Numbered from the stretch's first letter, positions 29,128-39,483 are shown. The stretch: 64,000 nt of DNA from an uncultured Bacteroidia bacterium (GCA_963924815.1 CAWURO010000002.1:1667-65666); one strand, 5' to 3'. The notes: generated by a model from the sequence alone, not told the origin. Program-made: numbers and translations.

Positions 29128-31428
29128 TTAAGATACTTCTTCTATGGTGATTTTTACTAATTTACTAGTTGGTGTATAACTTTTAGCCGCAAATGAATCA
29201 ATGGGTACCAGGGGATTTGCTTCTGGAAAGTATGTCGCTACATTGCCTACGGGTATAGGGTAGGGTACGACTAAAAACTTTCGAGCTTCTCGTTTAATAC
29301 CGTTAAACTCACTAAATAAGTTTACTTCTTGCTGTGTTTTCCATCCTCTAGCATCAACGTCTATTTGGTTCATCATAATTACCCTACGTTCATTGTAGAT
29401 GCCTCTGTATCGATCATCTAGACCGTAGATAGTGGTGTTGTATTGGTCATGACTCCTAATCGTCATCATAAAATATTCTCCATCTGCCAATCGGTGTTTT
29501 GGAAGTTTATGGACAGTGAAATTTGCTTTGCCATTTTCAGTGTTAAACTTTCTTTCTCTTGCCCCGTTGGGTAAATAAAAACCTCCGGATTTGCGAATGC
29601 GTTCATTGTAATCTTCAAAACCAGGAATAACCTGTTCAATGGCGTCTCTTATGTTATCATAATTACTCGCCATATCTGACCAAGGTATGTTCGTGTTTTT
29701 CAAAGTTGATGCTGCCATTTCTGCGACAATAGCCACTTCACTTTTTAGCTGTTTACTAGGTGGCATTAATATTCCTTGCGAGCTTTGGACTACGCCCATA
29801 CTGTTTTCACAGCTCACAAATTGTTCGCCGCCTGCTTGCTCATCTTTGTCAGTTCTACCTAAGCAAGGGAGAATGAGGGCTTGCTTTCCAGTAATTAAGT
29901 GTGAACGGTTTAGCTTAGTGCTTACATGCGCAGTTAAGCTACAATTTTGTAATGCCTGAGCTGTAAAATTTGTGTCTGGAGCGGCACTTAAAAAATTGCC
30001 CCCCATGGCAAAGAATACTTTTCCCTTTTCGGCATGCATAGCTTCGATGGCAGACACTACATGGTAGCCGTGCTCGCGCGGTGATTTGATATCGTGTACT
30101 TGATCTAATTTGTCCAGAAATGCTGCTTTTGGTGCTTCCCATATCCCCATGGTTCTATCGCCTTGCACATTGCTGTGACCTCGCACAGGACATGTGCCAG
30201 CACCGGGTTTACCAATGGCGCCTCTTAGTAAAAGTAGATTGACAATTTCTTGAATATTGCTAACACCATTTTCATGCTGGGTTAAGCCCATAGCCCAGCA
30301 AATGATAATTTTTTGGTTAGCGGCAAGCATATTAGCAGCTTCTTTAATAAGGATTAAATTAACCCCGCTTTCATCTGCACATTCATGGATAGTATAGGTT
30401 CTTAAATCCGCGATAAGTGCTTCGTAATGTGAAGTGTAGCTTGAAATAAATGCGTGATCAAAAATATTTTCTCCTGCATCTTCTTTTGCGAGGAGTAACA
30501 GCATTATGGCTTTTAAAAATGCTACATCTCCATTGACTTTAATAGGTACATATAGATCCGTTAGCGATGTTCCTCCTTTTAAAATACTCATAGGGGATTG
30601 TGGATCTATGAAATTTACCATACCCGCCTCTGGAATTGGATTTACGGTAATTATCTTTCCTCCATTTTCTTTGCATTTTTCTAATGCTCCGAGCATACGA
30701 GGGTGATTTGTTCCCGGGTTTTGTCCCATTACCATGATCACTTCGGCCTCATATAAATCATTTAAGGTAACGGATCCTTTGCCAATGCCTAACGTTTCAG
30801 ATAAACCTACTCCGCTACTTTCGTGGCACATGTTAGAGCAATCGGGCAGGTTGTTTGTGCCAAAAGCTCTAATAAAAAGTTGGTATAAGTATGCGGCTTC
30901 ATTACTGGTTCGGCCACTGGTATAGAATATTGCGTCGTCTGGGGTCGCTAGCGCATTTAGTTCTTTAGCAATTAATGAAAAAGCATCTTCCCATTGGATA
31001 GGTTCGTAATGTGTAGCGCCATTTTTCAATATCATAGGCTCAGTTAGCCTTCCCAACTTGCCTATCTCAAAGTCGGATAATTTAGAAATTTCAGCAACGG
31101 AATGATTTGCGAAATATTCTGCAGTTAATGACTTTTTAGTTGCTTCTTCGGCAATTGCTTTTATGCCGTTTTCGCAGTATTCGCCTATGGCAGATCGATC
31201 ATCGTCTGGGTCTGGCCATGCACAACCGGGGCAATCAAATCCACCTTTTTGATTTATTTTTAGGCTCAGTTTAAATGCATCAATAGGATCCATGTACTTG
31301 GCCATATGCTTTACCGAAGAAATAATAGCTGGGATACCTACTGCTTTTTCTTTAGGTTCTTTGAGAATAAGACCAGTGTAGTCAAAGTTTTCTATTTCTA
31401 TTTTTTGGGTAGACATTGTGAATTTCAA
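29128..31428 (-). CDS. molybdopterin (bis-MGD) oxidoreductase, FdhF/YdeP-like single-subunit formate-dehydrogenase family
   Basis: 766 aa. N-terminal Cys cluster for a 4Fe-4S (DCPGCAWPDP...CENG). MopB-type core. No in-frame TGA, so the active site is Cys rather than Sec. Confidence 0.65.
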   Translation of the reverse strand: MKFTMSTQKIEIENFDYTGLILKEPKEKAVGIPAIISSVKHMAKYMDPIDAFKLSLKINQKGGFDCPGCAWPDPDDDRSAIGEYCENGIKAIAEEATKKSLTAEYFANHSVAEISKLSDFEIGKLGRLTEPMILKNGATHYEPIQWEDAFSLIAKELNALATPDDAIFYTSGRTSNEAAYLYQLFIRAFGTNNLPDCSNMCHESSGVGLSETLGIGKGSVTLNDLYEAEVIMVMGQNPGTNHPRMLGALEKCKENGGKIITVNPIPEAGMVNFIDPQSPMSILKGGTSLTDLYVPIKVNGDVAFLKAIMLLLLAKEDAGENIFDHAFISSYTSHYEALIADLRTYTIHECADESGVNLILIKEAANMLAANQKIIICWAMGLTQHENGVSNIQEIVNLLLLRGAIGKPGAGTCPVRGHSNVQGDRTMGIWEAPKAAFLDKLDQVHDIKSPREHGYHVVSAIEAMHAEKGKVFFAMGGNFLSAAPDTNFTAQALQNCSLTAHVSTKLNRSHLITGKQALILPCLGRTDKDEQAGGEQFVSCENSMGVVQSSQGILMPPSKQLKSEVAIVAEMAASTLKNTNIPWSDMASNYDNIRDAIEQVIPGFEDYNERIRKSGGFYLPNGARERKFNTENGKANFTVHKLPKHRLADGEYFMMTIRSHDQYNTTIYGLDDRYRGIYNERRVIMMNQIDVDARGWKTQQEVNLFSEFNGIKREARKFLVVPYPIPVGNVATYFPEANPLVPIDSFAAKSYTPTSKLVKITIEEVS

Positions 31429-31518
31429 AAGTAGTTAAATGATTTGATTCACTAAAAAAGCAATGAGGGAAGTGTTATGTAAAATTAGAAAGGTTTATCC
31501 TTAAAAATATACGTTTCA

Positions 31519-32310
31519 TTAGCTATAGATATTATAGCTATTCTCTTTTAGAAAGCCGATTAGAGTCTGTCCATTTTCTCGTGCCAAATCTACAGCTAAA
31601 CTGCTAGGTGCTCCTACGGATATGATGGTTGAAATACCAGCCATAGTTGCTTTTTGTACCAATTCAAAACTAGCTCTACCACTCAAAAGAAGAATTTTGT
31701 CCTCTAAGGGTAACCCATTTTTTCTAAACGATTCGCCTATCACTTTATCCAATGCATTGTGTCTGCCAACATCTTCATGCATGATTTCTAATACCCCGTC
31801 TAAACTAAAAAGTGCCGCTGCATGAATCCCCCCAGAAGCCGTAAATAAGGATTGCCTGTTGGTTAAGGTTTGTTTCAAGCCATATAGAACAGAATCTTGT
31901 AGGACTAACTTGTTTTTAAATTGGAATTGTGTTTTGGTATGTATTGCCTCAATGCTGGCCTTACCACAAACTCCGCAACTACTCGTTGTGTAAAAATTTC
32001 GTTCTGCCTTTTGCAGTTCGATTTTTACATCTTTGTTTAAGTAGATTTTAACAATGTTATCGCCTAAGTATTTTACCGCCTTAACTTGCGAGTACGCTTG
32101 CAATAAACCTTCGGTAAATAAAAAGCCTAGAGCAAGTTCTTCATCTTCGCCTGGAGTACGCATAGTGACAGAAATGGCCGTAGGTTTCTGCTCGTTAACA
32201 TGTTGAATTTGAATTTCTAATGGCGCTTCTACTGCTACTACATCATCATGTGCTTGGATTTCTCCGTTCTTGATTTTGGTAATTTTGATATGATGTAGAC
32301 CTTCATTCAT
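31519..32310 (-). CDS. fdhD: formate dehydrogenase accessory sulfurtransferase FdhD
   Basis: 263 aa; hallmark SSCGVCGKASIE motif. Confidence 0.8.
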   Translation of the reverse strand: MNEGLHHIKITKIKNGEIQAHDDVVAVEAPLEIQIQHVNEQKPTAISVTMRTPGEDEELALGFLFTEGLLQAYSQVKAVKYLGDNIVKIYLNKDVKIELQKAERNFYTTSSCGVCGKASIEAIHTKTQFQFKNKLVLQDSVLYGLKQTLTNRQSLFTASGGIHAAALFSLDGVLEIMHEDVGRHNALDKVIGESFRKNGLPLEDKILLLSGRASFELVQKATMAGISTIISVGAPSSLAVDLARENGQTLIGFLKENSYNIYS

Positions 32311-32328
32311 ATTTTCTGCTATTGTGAC

Positions 32329-32679
32329 CTAAAGCGTCTGCGGATTTACATACAGATTAGTTTCGTCTTCATTAGCTCGTGGTTTAAGACACTGCCAATC
32401 TTTTTCAACAAGGATAAAAAGCCCGTCAGCTTGAGCATCAAATCCTACTAGATTATCGGTGTCCCACATGTGCAGTAATGACCTCGGTATTTTGGCTGTA
32501 ATCTTTCCGCTCTCAAATAAACAAGTCATGGATTTATCTTCTGATGTAATCAGACCATAAATCAGTTCACCCATAGGGAATTGGCATTTAGACCAAGTTT
32601 CTCCTTGATGTACTAACTCAGTTACTTCGGTTTGTGAAAGCCTAAATCGCACGGAATCGCCTTGAATTCTTATTTTCAT
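32329..32679 (-). CDS. hypothetical protein (116 aa) co-transcribed with fdhD
   Basis: No family recognised; 18-nt and 1-nt spacers to its neighbours. Confidence 0.4.
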   Translation of the reverse strand: MKIRIQGDSVRFRLSQTEVTELVHQGETWSKCQFPMGELIYGLITSEDKSMTCLFESGKITAKIPRSLLHMWDTDNLVGFDAQADGLFILVEKDWQCLKPRANEDETNLYVNPQTL

Positions 32680-32680
32680 T

Positions 32681-33307
32681 TTAGTTTAATGTTATTCCAA
32701 GTTCGTTTAATTCTTGTTGAGTGAAGCTAACGTATTTAATGTACATTTTAATTCGCTCATTGGGTAATCCATTAGAATTTTTAGGTTGACGTTCGATAGT
32801 TTTTGCAACGTCCATGCCCGCTAGAACTTTACCAAAAGTGGTGTATTCACCGTCTAAAAAATGAGCCCCACTTGTGTCGGTTACAATGTAAAACTGTGAT
32901 CCGCTAGATTTACGACTGGGGTTGGTCATGTTGCCATTTCTAGCCGCAGCTAATGCGCCGTAAAAGTGTTTGAACCTTGAAGAGTCAATCTCTGCGGGTA
33001 AGGTATATCCTGGGCTACCACTTCCGTCATTATTTCTGTTATCGTCTTTACTGGATGGACTTCCTCCTTGAATGACAAAATTATTGACACATCTATGAAA
33101 CTCAGTACTGTCGTAATATGCAGCTCTTACCAAGCTATCAAAATTGTGCTGATGTAAAGGTGTCTCCTCGTATAAATCGAGGTAAATATTTCCAAAATCA
33201 GTTAAAATTTGAATTACTTCAAAGGTTGGCTCTTCTACTGGAGCATCTTTTTTACACGAGAGTGCTGTAAGTGATATAATTAGGGTGAGGTATAGTGTTT
33301 TTTTCAT
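32681..33307 (-). CDS. cyclophilin-type peptidyl-prolyl cis-trans isomerase (lipoprotein/secreted)
   Basis: Signal peptide with LSC; FHRCVNNFVIQGG ... GSQFYIV ... FGKV. Confidence 0.8.
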   Translation of the reverse strand: MKKTLYLTLIISLTALSCKKDAPVEEPTFEVIQILTDFGNIYLDLYEETPLHQHNFDSLVRAAYYDSTEFHRCVNNFVIQGGSPSSKDDNRNNDGSGSPGYTLPAEIDSSRFKHFYGALAAARNGNMTNPSRKSSGSQFYIVTDTSGAHFLDGEYTTFGKVLAGMDVAKTIERQPKNSNGLPNERIKMYIKYVSFTQQELNELGITLN

Positions 33308-33553
33308 GTGGCAGTTAAAAATAAGTTATGGTATTACGTTGGCACTTAAAATAACTATCGGCGCTATTCCGAAGGTAATTTCGCTTTAAAACGTGTTTAA
33401 TCTTCTTACTTTAATGAAGATTAGCAACGAAGGTATTAAAAATTTATCGTGAAATTGATTTGCGTTAAGTTGAACATGCTCGCGTGTTTAATTCAGGGAG
33501 ATTCAATATATTAGCTCAATGATTAAGGAATCACGTATTTTTGCCCTCAATAG

Positions 33554-34804
33554 ATGTCGCCTCTTGCAATAGTTATTATAACTTTGATTTTATCAGGTTT
33601 TTTCTCTGGATTGGAGATTGCTTTTATAACGGCAAATAAGTTGCGCGTGGAACTGAAAAGCAATCAAGGCAAACGTTGGGCACGCATATGCTCAGGGTAT
33701 CTTAAAAATCCATCTAAATTTATAAGTACCATTTTAGTAGGGAACAATGTAGCCTTGGTTATATACGGTATCTTTATGGAAGAGCTATTGCGTCCTACAA
33801 TTGAGAGTTATGTGGGTCCTGTGCCTGCACTTATTATTGCTACGCTAATTTCAACTTTGGTGGTTGTAGTAACTGCAGAATTTTTACCAAAAGCACTTTT
33901 TAGGCTCAACCCAAGTGGTATTTTGAGTGTGCTTATATATCCGTTTCAAGTTTTCTACTTTATGTTATGGCCACTAGTACAATTTGTAATTTGGCTAAGT
34001 AACACTATTTTAAGCAAAATTTTTAAATCGGATTTTACAGAACAAACACCTCAGTTCAGTAAAGTTGATTTAGATCATTTTATCTCGCAGTCTTCTCATA
34101 GTAATCAGGATGGAGAAGATAATGAAGTAGATACCGACATTTTAAAGAATGCATTAGACTTTGGTAACGTAAAAGTTAGAGACTGTTTAGTATCACGTAC
34201 TGCAATTACAGCTATTGAGTTATCCGGCACAGTGAAAGAATTAGAGCAATTGTTTATTGCCTCACAACACTCTAAAATTTTAGTCTATAAGGATAATATG
34301 GATAATATTATCGGGTATGCACATCACTTAGATTTGCATAAAAAGCCTAAAACGATTAAATCTATTTTAATACCAATTCTCATTACCAATGAGTCAAAAT
34401 CAGCTAATGATATGCTAAATGAGTTTAGTTTAACGCAAAAAAGTATTGCATTGGTCGTAGATGAGTATGGTGGCACCGCTGGTATTATCACGGTAGAAGA
34501 TATCATGGAAGAAATATTTGGCGAGATAGATGATGAGCACGATGAGGTTGAAGATCCTAATTCAGTTATTGATGAACATGGTGTATATTCGCTAAATGCC
34601 AAAACAGAAGTAGATCTAATAAACGAAAAGTATAATTTAAATATACCTGAAGGAGATTATGAAACGCTTGGCGGATTTGTGGTTGCCAACCTGGAAGAAA
34701 TACCTAGCGCAGGTGAAATATTCATCATTGATAATTTTGAAATTAAAATAGTGGAAGCGAGTAAGCAAAAGATAGAACGTCTTGAGCTTAAACTATTAGA
34801 TTAA
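33554..34804 (+). CDS. CNNM/HlyC/CorC family transporter (DUF21 TM domain + CBS pair + CorC_HlyC)
   Basis: 416 aa; N-terminal 4-TM DUF21-like region, central CBS pair, C-terminal transporter-associated domain. It is GldE-like in architecture, but no gldD is adjacent. Confidence 0.65.
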   Translation: MSPLAIVIITLILSGFFSGLEIAFITANKLRVELKSNQGKRWARICSGYLKNPSKFISTILVGNNVALVIYGIFMEELLRPTIESYVGPVPALIIATLISTLVVVVTAEFLPKALFRLNPSGILSVLIYPFQVFYFMLWPLVQFVIWLSNTILSKIFKSDFTEQTPQFSKVDLDHFISQSSHSNQDGEDNEVDTDILKNALDFGNVKVRDCLVSRTAITAIELSGTVKELEQLFIASQHSKILVYKDNMDNIIGYAHHLDLHKKPKTIKSILIPILITNESKSANDMLNEFSLTQKSIALVVDEYGGTAGIITVEDIMEEIFGEIDDEHDEVEDPNSVIDEHGVYSLNAKTEVDLINEKYNLNIPEGDYETLGGFVVANLEEIPSAGEIFIIDNFEIKIVEASKQKIERLELKLLD

Positions 34805-34834
34805 TCTCATCTCCTAACGAATAATTTCGCAAAA

Positions 34835-34855
34835 ACGGCTTGATCTAATAGCCGT
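34835..34855. terminator. weak bidirectional hairpin between convergent genes
   Basis: ACGGCT-9 nt-AGCCGT followed by ATTTATCTTT; overlaps the rarA stop codon. Confidence 0.25.
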
Positions 34856-36074
34856 ATTTATCTTTCCAAAGAGACTTAAGCCTTTCTTTTATTTTTTGCT
34901 CTGGAGGATTGTCTCCAGGTTCATAATAAACCGAGTTAGAGATTTCAGTAGGTAGAAATTCTTGTTGAGCAAAGTTGTTCGGATAATCGTGAGCGTATTT
35001 ATATCCTTTTCCGTAATCCAATTCTTTCATAAGTTTAGTTGGGGCATTTCGTAAGCTTAGCGGTATAGGTAAATCACCTGTTTGTTTAATGTGAGATTGA
35101 GCCTTGTTAATGGCCATATAGCTGGCATTACTTTTAGGGCTTGTAGCTAAGTATATAGTGAGTTGCGAAAGCACTATTCTGCACTCTGGATAACCAATGT
35201 TAGTTACAGCTTCAAATCCAGTATTGGCAAGGAGTAAAGCATTGGGATTTGCCATTCCAATATCTTCACTTGCCGAGATAAGTAGTCTTCGGGCTATAAA
35301 TTTAGGGTCTTGACCGCCTTCTATCATTCTGGCTAGGTAATAAACTGCCGCGTTAGGATCGCTTCCTCGTATAGATTTTATTAATGCTGAAATAATATCA
35401 TAATGCTGCTCGCCACCTTTATCAAACATAGCTAGCTTTTTTTGAACGGCATCTTCCACCAACTTGTTGGTTATAGTGATTTGTTTGCCTCCTTTAAAAT
35501 TTACTATTATTTCGAGGGCGTTTAATAGTTTACGACCATCTCCGCCACTTATGCGGACTAAAGCATCCCATTCCTTAATGGTTATATTTTTTTGAAGGAG
35601 TTGCACATCGGTTTTGCATGCATGTCGCACCAATTGTTTTAAGTCGTCTAGTTTGAGTGATTCCAAGACAAAAACTTCGCACCGAGAGAGGAGTGCTGCA
35701 TTAATTTCAAAGCTAGGATTTTCGGTGGTGGCTCCAATTAAGGTAATAATGCCCTGCTCTACTGCACCTAACAATGCATCTTGTTGACCTTTATTAAACC
35801 GATGAATTTCATCAATAAATAAAATGGCACTACCGCCACTACCCATAAATTTGGTTTTTTGCGCTTTTTCGATGACTTCACGTACATCTTTAACCCCCGC
35901 ATTTATAGCGCTAAGTTTAAAGAATGGTGTCTTGAGGGTATGCGAAAAAATCTGCGCTAACGTAGTTTTTCCTACGCCTGGTGGCCCCCAAAAAATGCAC
36001 GAGTACATGCCCCCATTGTCTAAAGCCCGTCTTAAAGGCTTTCCGGGTCCAATAATATGTTGTTGCCCCACCAC
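34845..36074 (-). CDS. rarA: replication-associated recombination protein A (AAA+ ATPase RarA/MgsA)
   Basis: Walker A GPPGVGKTT, AAA+ core, MgsA C-terminal helical domains. The conserved N-terminal segment extends upstream of this first canonical start (see findings). Confidence 0.85.
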   Translation of the reverse strand: MVGQQHIIGPGKPLRRALDNGGMYSCIFWGPPGVGKTTLAQIFSHTLKTPFFKLSAINAGVKDVREVIEKAQKTKFMGSGGSAILFIDEIHRFNKGQQDALLGAVEQGIITLIGATTENPSFEINAALLSRCEVFVLESLKLDDLKQLVRHACKTDVQLLQKNITIKEWDALVRISGGDGRKLLNALEIIVNFKGGKQITITNKLVEDAVQKKLAMFDKGGEQHYDIISALIKSIRGSDPNAAVYYLARMIEGGQDPKFIARRLLISASEDIGMANPNALLLANTGFEAVTNIGYPECRIVLSQLTIYLATSPKSNASYMAINKAQSHIKQTGDLPIPLSLRNAPTKLMKELDYGKGYKYAHDYPNNFAQQEFLPTEISNSVYYEPGDNPPEQKIKERLKSLWKDKYGY

Positions 36075-36255
36075 TTCGTCTAGTGTTTTAGGACGAATGC
36101 GTTCAGCAAGCGGCGGAGTAGTTGTATGAGTGCTTGGTTCGATAAGGAAGCAAAGATGAGTAAATTACCTCAAATATATCTTACAAGGCGTGATTGTTTC
36201 TAAAGTTATATTTCATTCATTTTTTTAATATAATGATTTACTTACTTTGTGGTTC

Positions 36256-36849
36256 ATGAAGATCATTTTTGCGTCGCAAAATAAAAATAAGATTGCTGAA
36301 ATACAGAGCAAGTTGCCTCATTTAGACATCCAAGGCTTAAATCCTTTGATGTTTCCCGATGAGCTGATAGAAACAGGGGATACCTTGGATCATAATGCGC
36401 TGCAAAAGGCTAGACAGGTATATGAGAAAACACACTCAACGTGTTTTGCAGATGATACAGGGCTTGAAGTAGAAGCGCTAAATGGGACACCTGGAGTGTA
36501 TTCTGCGCGCTATGCTGGAGAGCAGCGTAGTAGTGAAGATAATATGGACTTATTGCTTAAAAATTTGGCAAATAATACCAATAGAAAAGCAAGATTTAAA
36601 ACTGTAATTGCCCTTATTATAGAGGGTAAAGAATATCTATTTGAAGGGATATGCGAAGGTGAGATAACACATGTTGAATCAGGAGCTCATGGGTTTGGGT
36701 ACGATCCTATTTTTGTGCCTGAAGGGCGTAGTGAAACTTTTGCAGAAATGACAATGGAAGAGAAGTCGGCTCTTAGTCACAGGGGAAAGGCCGTTGAGAA
36801 ATTGGTCGATTTTTTGACTGAATTGGATGGGCAGAACACGAGAGATTAA
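36256..36849 (+). CDS. rdgB: non-canonical purine NTP pyrophosphatase (RdgB/HAM1 family)
   Basis: MKIIFASQNKNKIAEI..., FGYDPIF; I prefer the ATG at 36256 over the TTG at 36247. Confidence 0.8.
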   Translation: MKIIFASQNKNKIAEIQSKLPHLDIQGLNPLMFPDELIETGDTLDHNALQKARQVYEKTHSTCFADDTGLEVEALNGTPGVYSARYAGEQRSSEDNMDLLLKNLANNTNRKARFKTVIALIIEGKEYLFEGICEGEITHVESGAHGFGYDPIFVPEGRSETFAEMTMEEKSALSHRGKAVEKLVDFLTELDGQNTRD

Positions 36850-36856
36850 ATCTCAA

Positions 36857-37318
36857 TCACTTCTTTTTAATAAATGCAGTTTCGTACATAGATATCCAAT
36901 CTTGCACGCTTATTTTAGTCATTAGTTCACCAATTAAATCTAGAGGGATGTCGTCCATTCGTTTAAATCGAATACAGCTTTTGCCCATATCAAGCTTGTA
37001 TTTACAGCGCTCGGCGTATTCCGCTATAAACCAATTGTATAGTTCAGTATTGGCATACATCCCCATGTGATAAAATGCGATAAAGTTTTTCTGCGAGGCA
37101 AGATTTACAAAAGGAAGTGGAAGTTGTGGAGAACAATGATAACCAGCTGGGTATATGGTTTTAGGAACCACATATCCTATCATTCCATAGTTCATACATT
37201 CTTCTAGTCCCGCAGGCATATTATCCAATATGGCTTTTCGTAAAGCACTGAAGATGGCTTGTCGATCTTCTGGTATTTGGGTAACATAGTGTTCGGGATT
37301 TTCAGCTATTACGTGCAT
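36857..37318 (-). CDS. hypothetical cytosolic protein (possibly DUF1801-like)
   Basis: 153 aa, no TM segments; weak resemblance only. Confidence 0.3.
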   Translation of the reverse strand: MHVIAENPEHYVTQIPEDRQAIFSALRKAILDNMPAGLEECMNYGMIGYVVPKTIYPAGYHCSPQLPLPFVNLASQKNFIAFYHMGMYANTELYNWFIAEYAERCKYKLDMGKSCIRFKRMDDIPLDLIGELMTKISVQDWISMYETAFIKKK

Positions 37319-37376
37319 AAGAGGTGCTATTTATTCCTCAAAACAAGGTGTTTTATTTAACTTTTATAGAATAATA

Positions 37377-37745
37377 TTGCATAAAAATAAGACAATGACG
37401 AATAAGTGGCAAAAGTATACAGCGATAGGAGTGATAGCATTGGTGTTTATTCTTATTGTGACTCGATTAATAGCAAACAGAGTATCTTGGGAAGAAGAAG
37501 ATCATGCTATTCTAACTTCGACTTGCCTAGATGATTTAGGTGGATATGCTGTTAGGTTTCCCTTGTTAAGCGAGGATTATTGCTCGTGCACATCAGACAC
37601 ACTGATGAAACATTTTACAAAAGCAGAATACCTACTTGTCAATAACGAGACTGATGAAATACAGCGCGAAAAAATGTTGCCCGTAATAGCGGAGTGCTAT
37701 AGTATATATCAGGAAGGGATGTTTAAAGCTAATCGTTTAGATTAA
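37377..37745 (+). CDS. hypothetical membrane-anchored protein
   Basis: 122 aa with one N-terminal TM helix. Confidence 0.35.
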   Translation: MHKNKTMTNKWQKYTAIGVIALVFILIVTRLIANRVSWEEEDHAILTSTCLDDLGGYAVRFPLLSEDYCSCTSDTLMKHFTKAEYLLVNNETDEIQREKMLPVIAECYSIYQEGMFKANRLD

Positions 37746-37749
37746 GTTT

Positions 37750-39483
37750 TTACATGCCTAATTCTTTTTTCTGATCAGCATTAAGAGGTGCGGGAGCGTC
37801 TATCATAATGTCACGACCCATATTGTTCTTAGGGAATGCAATTACATCTCGTATAGAATCGGTGCCTGCAAGAATAGCTGTAAGTCTATCTAGACCAAAA
37901 GCAATACCGCCATGTGGTGGCGCTCCATATTCAAATGCATTCATTAAGAAACCAAATTGCTCTTGAGCTTCTTCTTCGGTAAATCCAAGTAAATCAAACA
38001 TTCGTTTTTGCAACTGTTTGTCATGTATTCTAATACTGCCTCCACCTACTTCCATACCATTTATGGCCATGTCGTAAGCGTTTGCTTTTACCGCTCCTGG
38101 ATCAGATTGCATTTTGTCTCTATCTGCAGGTATAGGTGAAGTAAAGGGGTGATGCATTGCATGCCATTTGCCACTTTCTTCGTCATACTCTACTAATGGA
38201 AAGTCTACTACCCAGCAAGCAGCAAATTTATCTTTGGGTCTTAGCCCTTGTAATTCGCCAACGTGAAGGCGAAGTTCATTCATTTGCTTACGTACTTTCT
38301 CGGTTTTGCCATTGAGTACTAGTATCAAGTCGCCAGTTTCAGAAGCACATTGGTCAGCCCAAAGCTTTAGTTTGGTTTCGTCAAAGAACTTATCTACCGA
38401 AGATTTTAGGCTTCCATCTTCATTTACTCTACAGTAAATAAGTCCTAGCGCTCCTATTTGAGGTCGTTTAACCCAATCCGTAAAAGCATCCAGTTCTTTG
38501 CGCGTGTACGTATTACCCCCTTTTACATTTATAGCTACAATGCTCTCTGCATTATCAAAAATGCTAAACCCGTTTCCTTTAGCTACGTTATCTAAGTCTA
38601 CCAATTCCATCCCAAATCGCATGTCTGGCTTATCACTTCCAAAACGTTGCATTGCATCATCATACGTAAGAATAGGTATTTGACCAAGATCTATCCTTTT
38701 TACGCTTTGAAAAACATCGCGTATCATTCCCTCAAATGTGCTTAATATATCTTCGCGTTCTACAAATGACATTTCACAGTCTATTTGTGTAAACTCAGGT
38801 TGTCTGTCTGCTCTAAAATCTTCGTCTCTAAAACATTTTACAATCTGATAGTATTTGTCTAGTCCGCTTACCATAAGCAGTTGTTTGAATGTTTGAGGGC
38901 TTTGCGGTAAAGCGTAATATTGGCCTTCATTCATTCTGCTAGGTACCACAAAGTCACGTGCTCCTTCAGGGGTTGATTTGATAAGCACGGGAGTTTCAAC
39001 ATCAATAAACCCAGCATTATTGAGGTAATCACGAACCGCTTTATTTAATTTACTTCTTAAAATCAGCTTGTTTTGAATGGCGTTTCTACGTAAGTCAAGA
39101 TAGCGGTATTTTAATCGTATTTCTTCACCTCCGTCTGTGTCATCTTCTATGGTAAAAGGGGGGGTTAGTGAAGCGTTAAGTATTTCAAAATCAGTTACTT
39201 TTATTTCTATATGACCGGTGGGTATTTTGTCATTTTTACTACTGCGCTCTATTACTTCCCCGTGTACTTTTATTACAAATTCACGTCCTAGTGATCGGGC
39301 TTTTTCATTTAACTCTTTGTTATACTCTTCGTTAAATGAAAGTTGAGTTATACCATATCTATCACGTAGATCAATGAAGGTTAAAGCGCCAAAGTCTGTT
39401 CTGCGTTGTACCCACCCGCTTAAGGTAACTTGAGTGCCAATATGATTTGTGCGAAGCTCGCCGCACGTATGTGTTCTATGCAT
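37750..39483 (-). CDS. aspS: aspartate--tRNA ligase
   Basis: 577 aa; N-terminal OB fold, class-II motifs [18 protein letters not shown] and [10 protein letters not shown]-terminal GLDRL. Confidence 0.9.
   Translation of the reverse strand: MHRTHTCGELRTNHIGTQVTLSGWVQRRTDFGALTFIDLRDRYGITQLSFNEEYNKELNEKARSLGREFVIKVHGEVIERSSKNDKIPTGHIEIKVTDFEILNASLTPPFTIEDDTDGGEEIRLKYRYLDLRRNAIQNKLILRSKLNKAVRDYLNNAGFIDVETPVLIKSTPEGARDFVVPSRMNEGQYYALPQSPQTFKQLLMVSGLDKYYQIVKCFRDEDFRADRQPEFTQIDCEMSFVEREDILSTFEGMIRDVFQSVKRIDLGQIPILTYDDAMQRFGSDKPDMRFGMELVDLDNVAKGNGFSIFDNAESIVAINVKGGNTYTRKELDAFTDWVKRPQIGALGLIYCRVNEDGSLKSSVDKFFDETKLKLWADQCASETGDLILVLNGKTEKVRKQMNELRLHVGELQGLRPKDKFAACWVVDFPLVEYDEESGKWHAMHHPFTSPIPADRDKMQSDPGAVKANAYDMAINGMEVGGGSIRIHDKQLQKRMFDLLGFTEEEAQEQFGFLMNAFEYGAPPHGGIAFGLDRLTAILAGTDSIRDVIAFPKNNMGRDIMIDAPAPLNADQKKELGM

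Noticed and set aside
29128-31428. Selenocysteine (TGA recoding) in the FdhF/YdeP-like oxidoreductase
   Set aside because: The ORF is continuous with no in-frame TGA, and no SECIS-like hairpin is evident, so it is a Cys-type enzyme.
31429-31518. Moco riboswitch upstream of the molybdopterin oxidoreductase, and SAM riboswitch upstream of the Cys/Met PLP enzyme (19316-19415)
   Set aside because: The leaders are only ~90-100 nt and lack the conserved Moco or SAM-I helices/junction motifs; they are too short and AT-rich to fold into either.
33308-33553. tRNA or small RNA in the 246-bp divergent intergenic region; also the 247-bp region upstream of atpB (61679-61925)
   Set aside because: Neither region shows cloverleaf-compatible arms, a T-loop GTTCGAATC-like box, or a conserved riboswitch core. 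Only a short 7-bp hairpin (AATCTTC...GAAGATT, near 33400) is present, and it has no T-tract. They are most likely promoter/5'UTR space.
33554-34804. Calling the CNNM/CorC protein the gliding-motility gene gldE
   Set aside because: The architecture matches GldE, but the expected partner gldD is not adjacent (rarA lies downstream on the opposite strand). Flavobacteria carry several CorC paralogs, so a specific assignment is unsafe.
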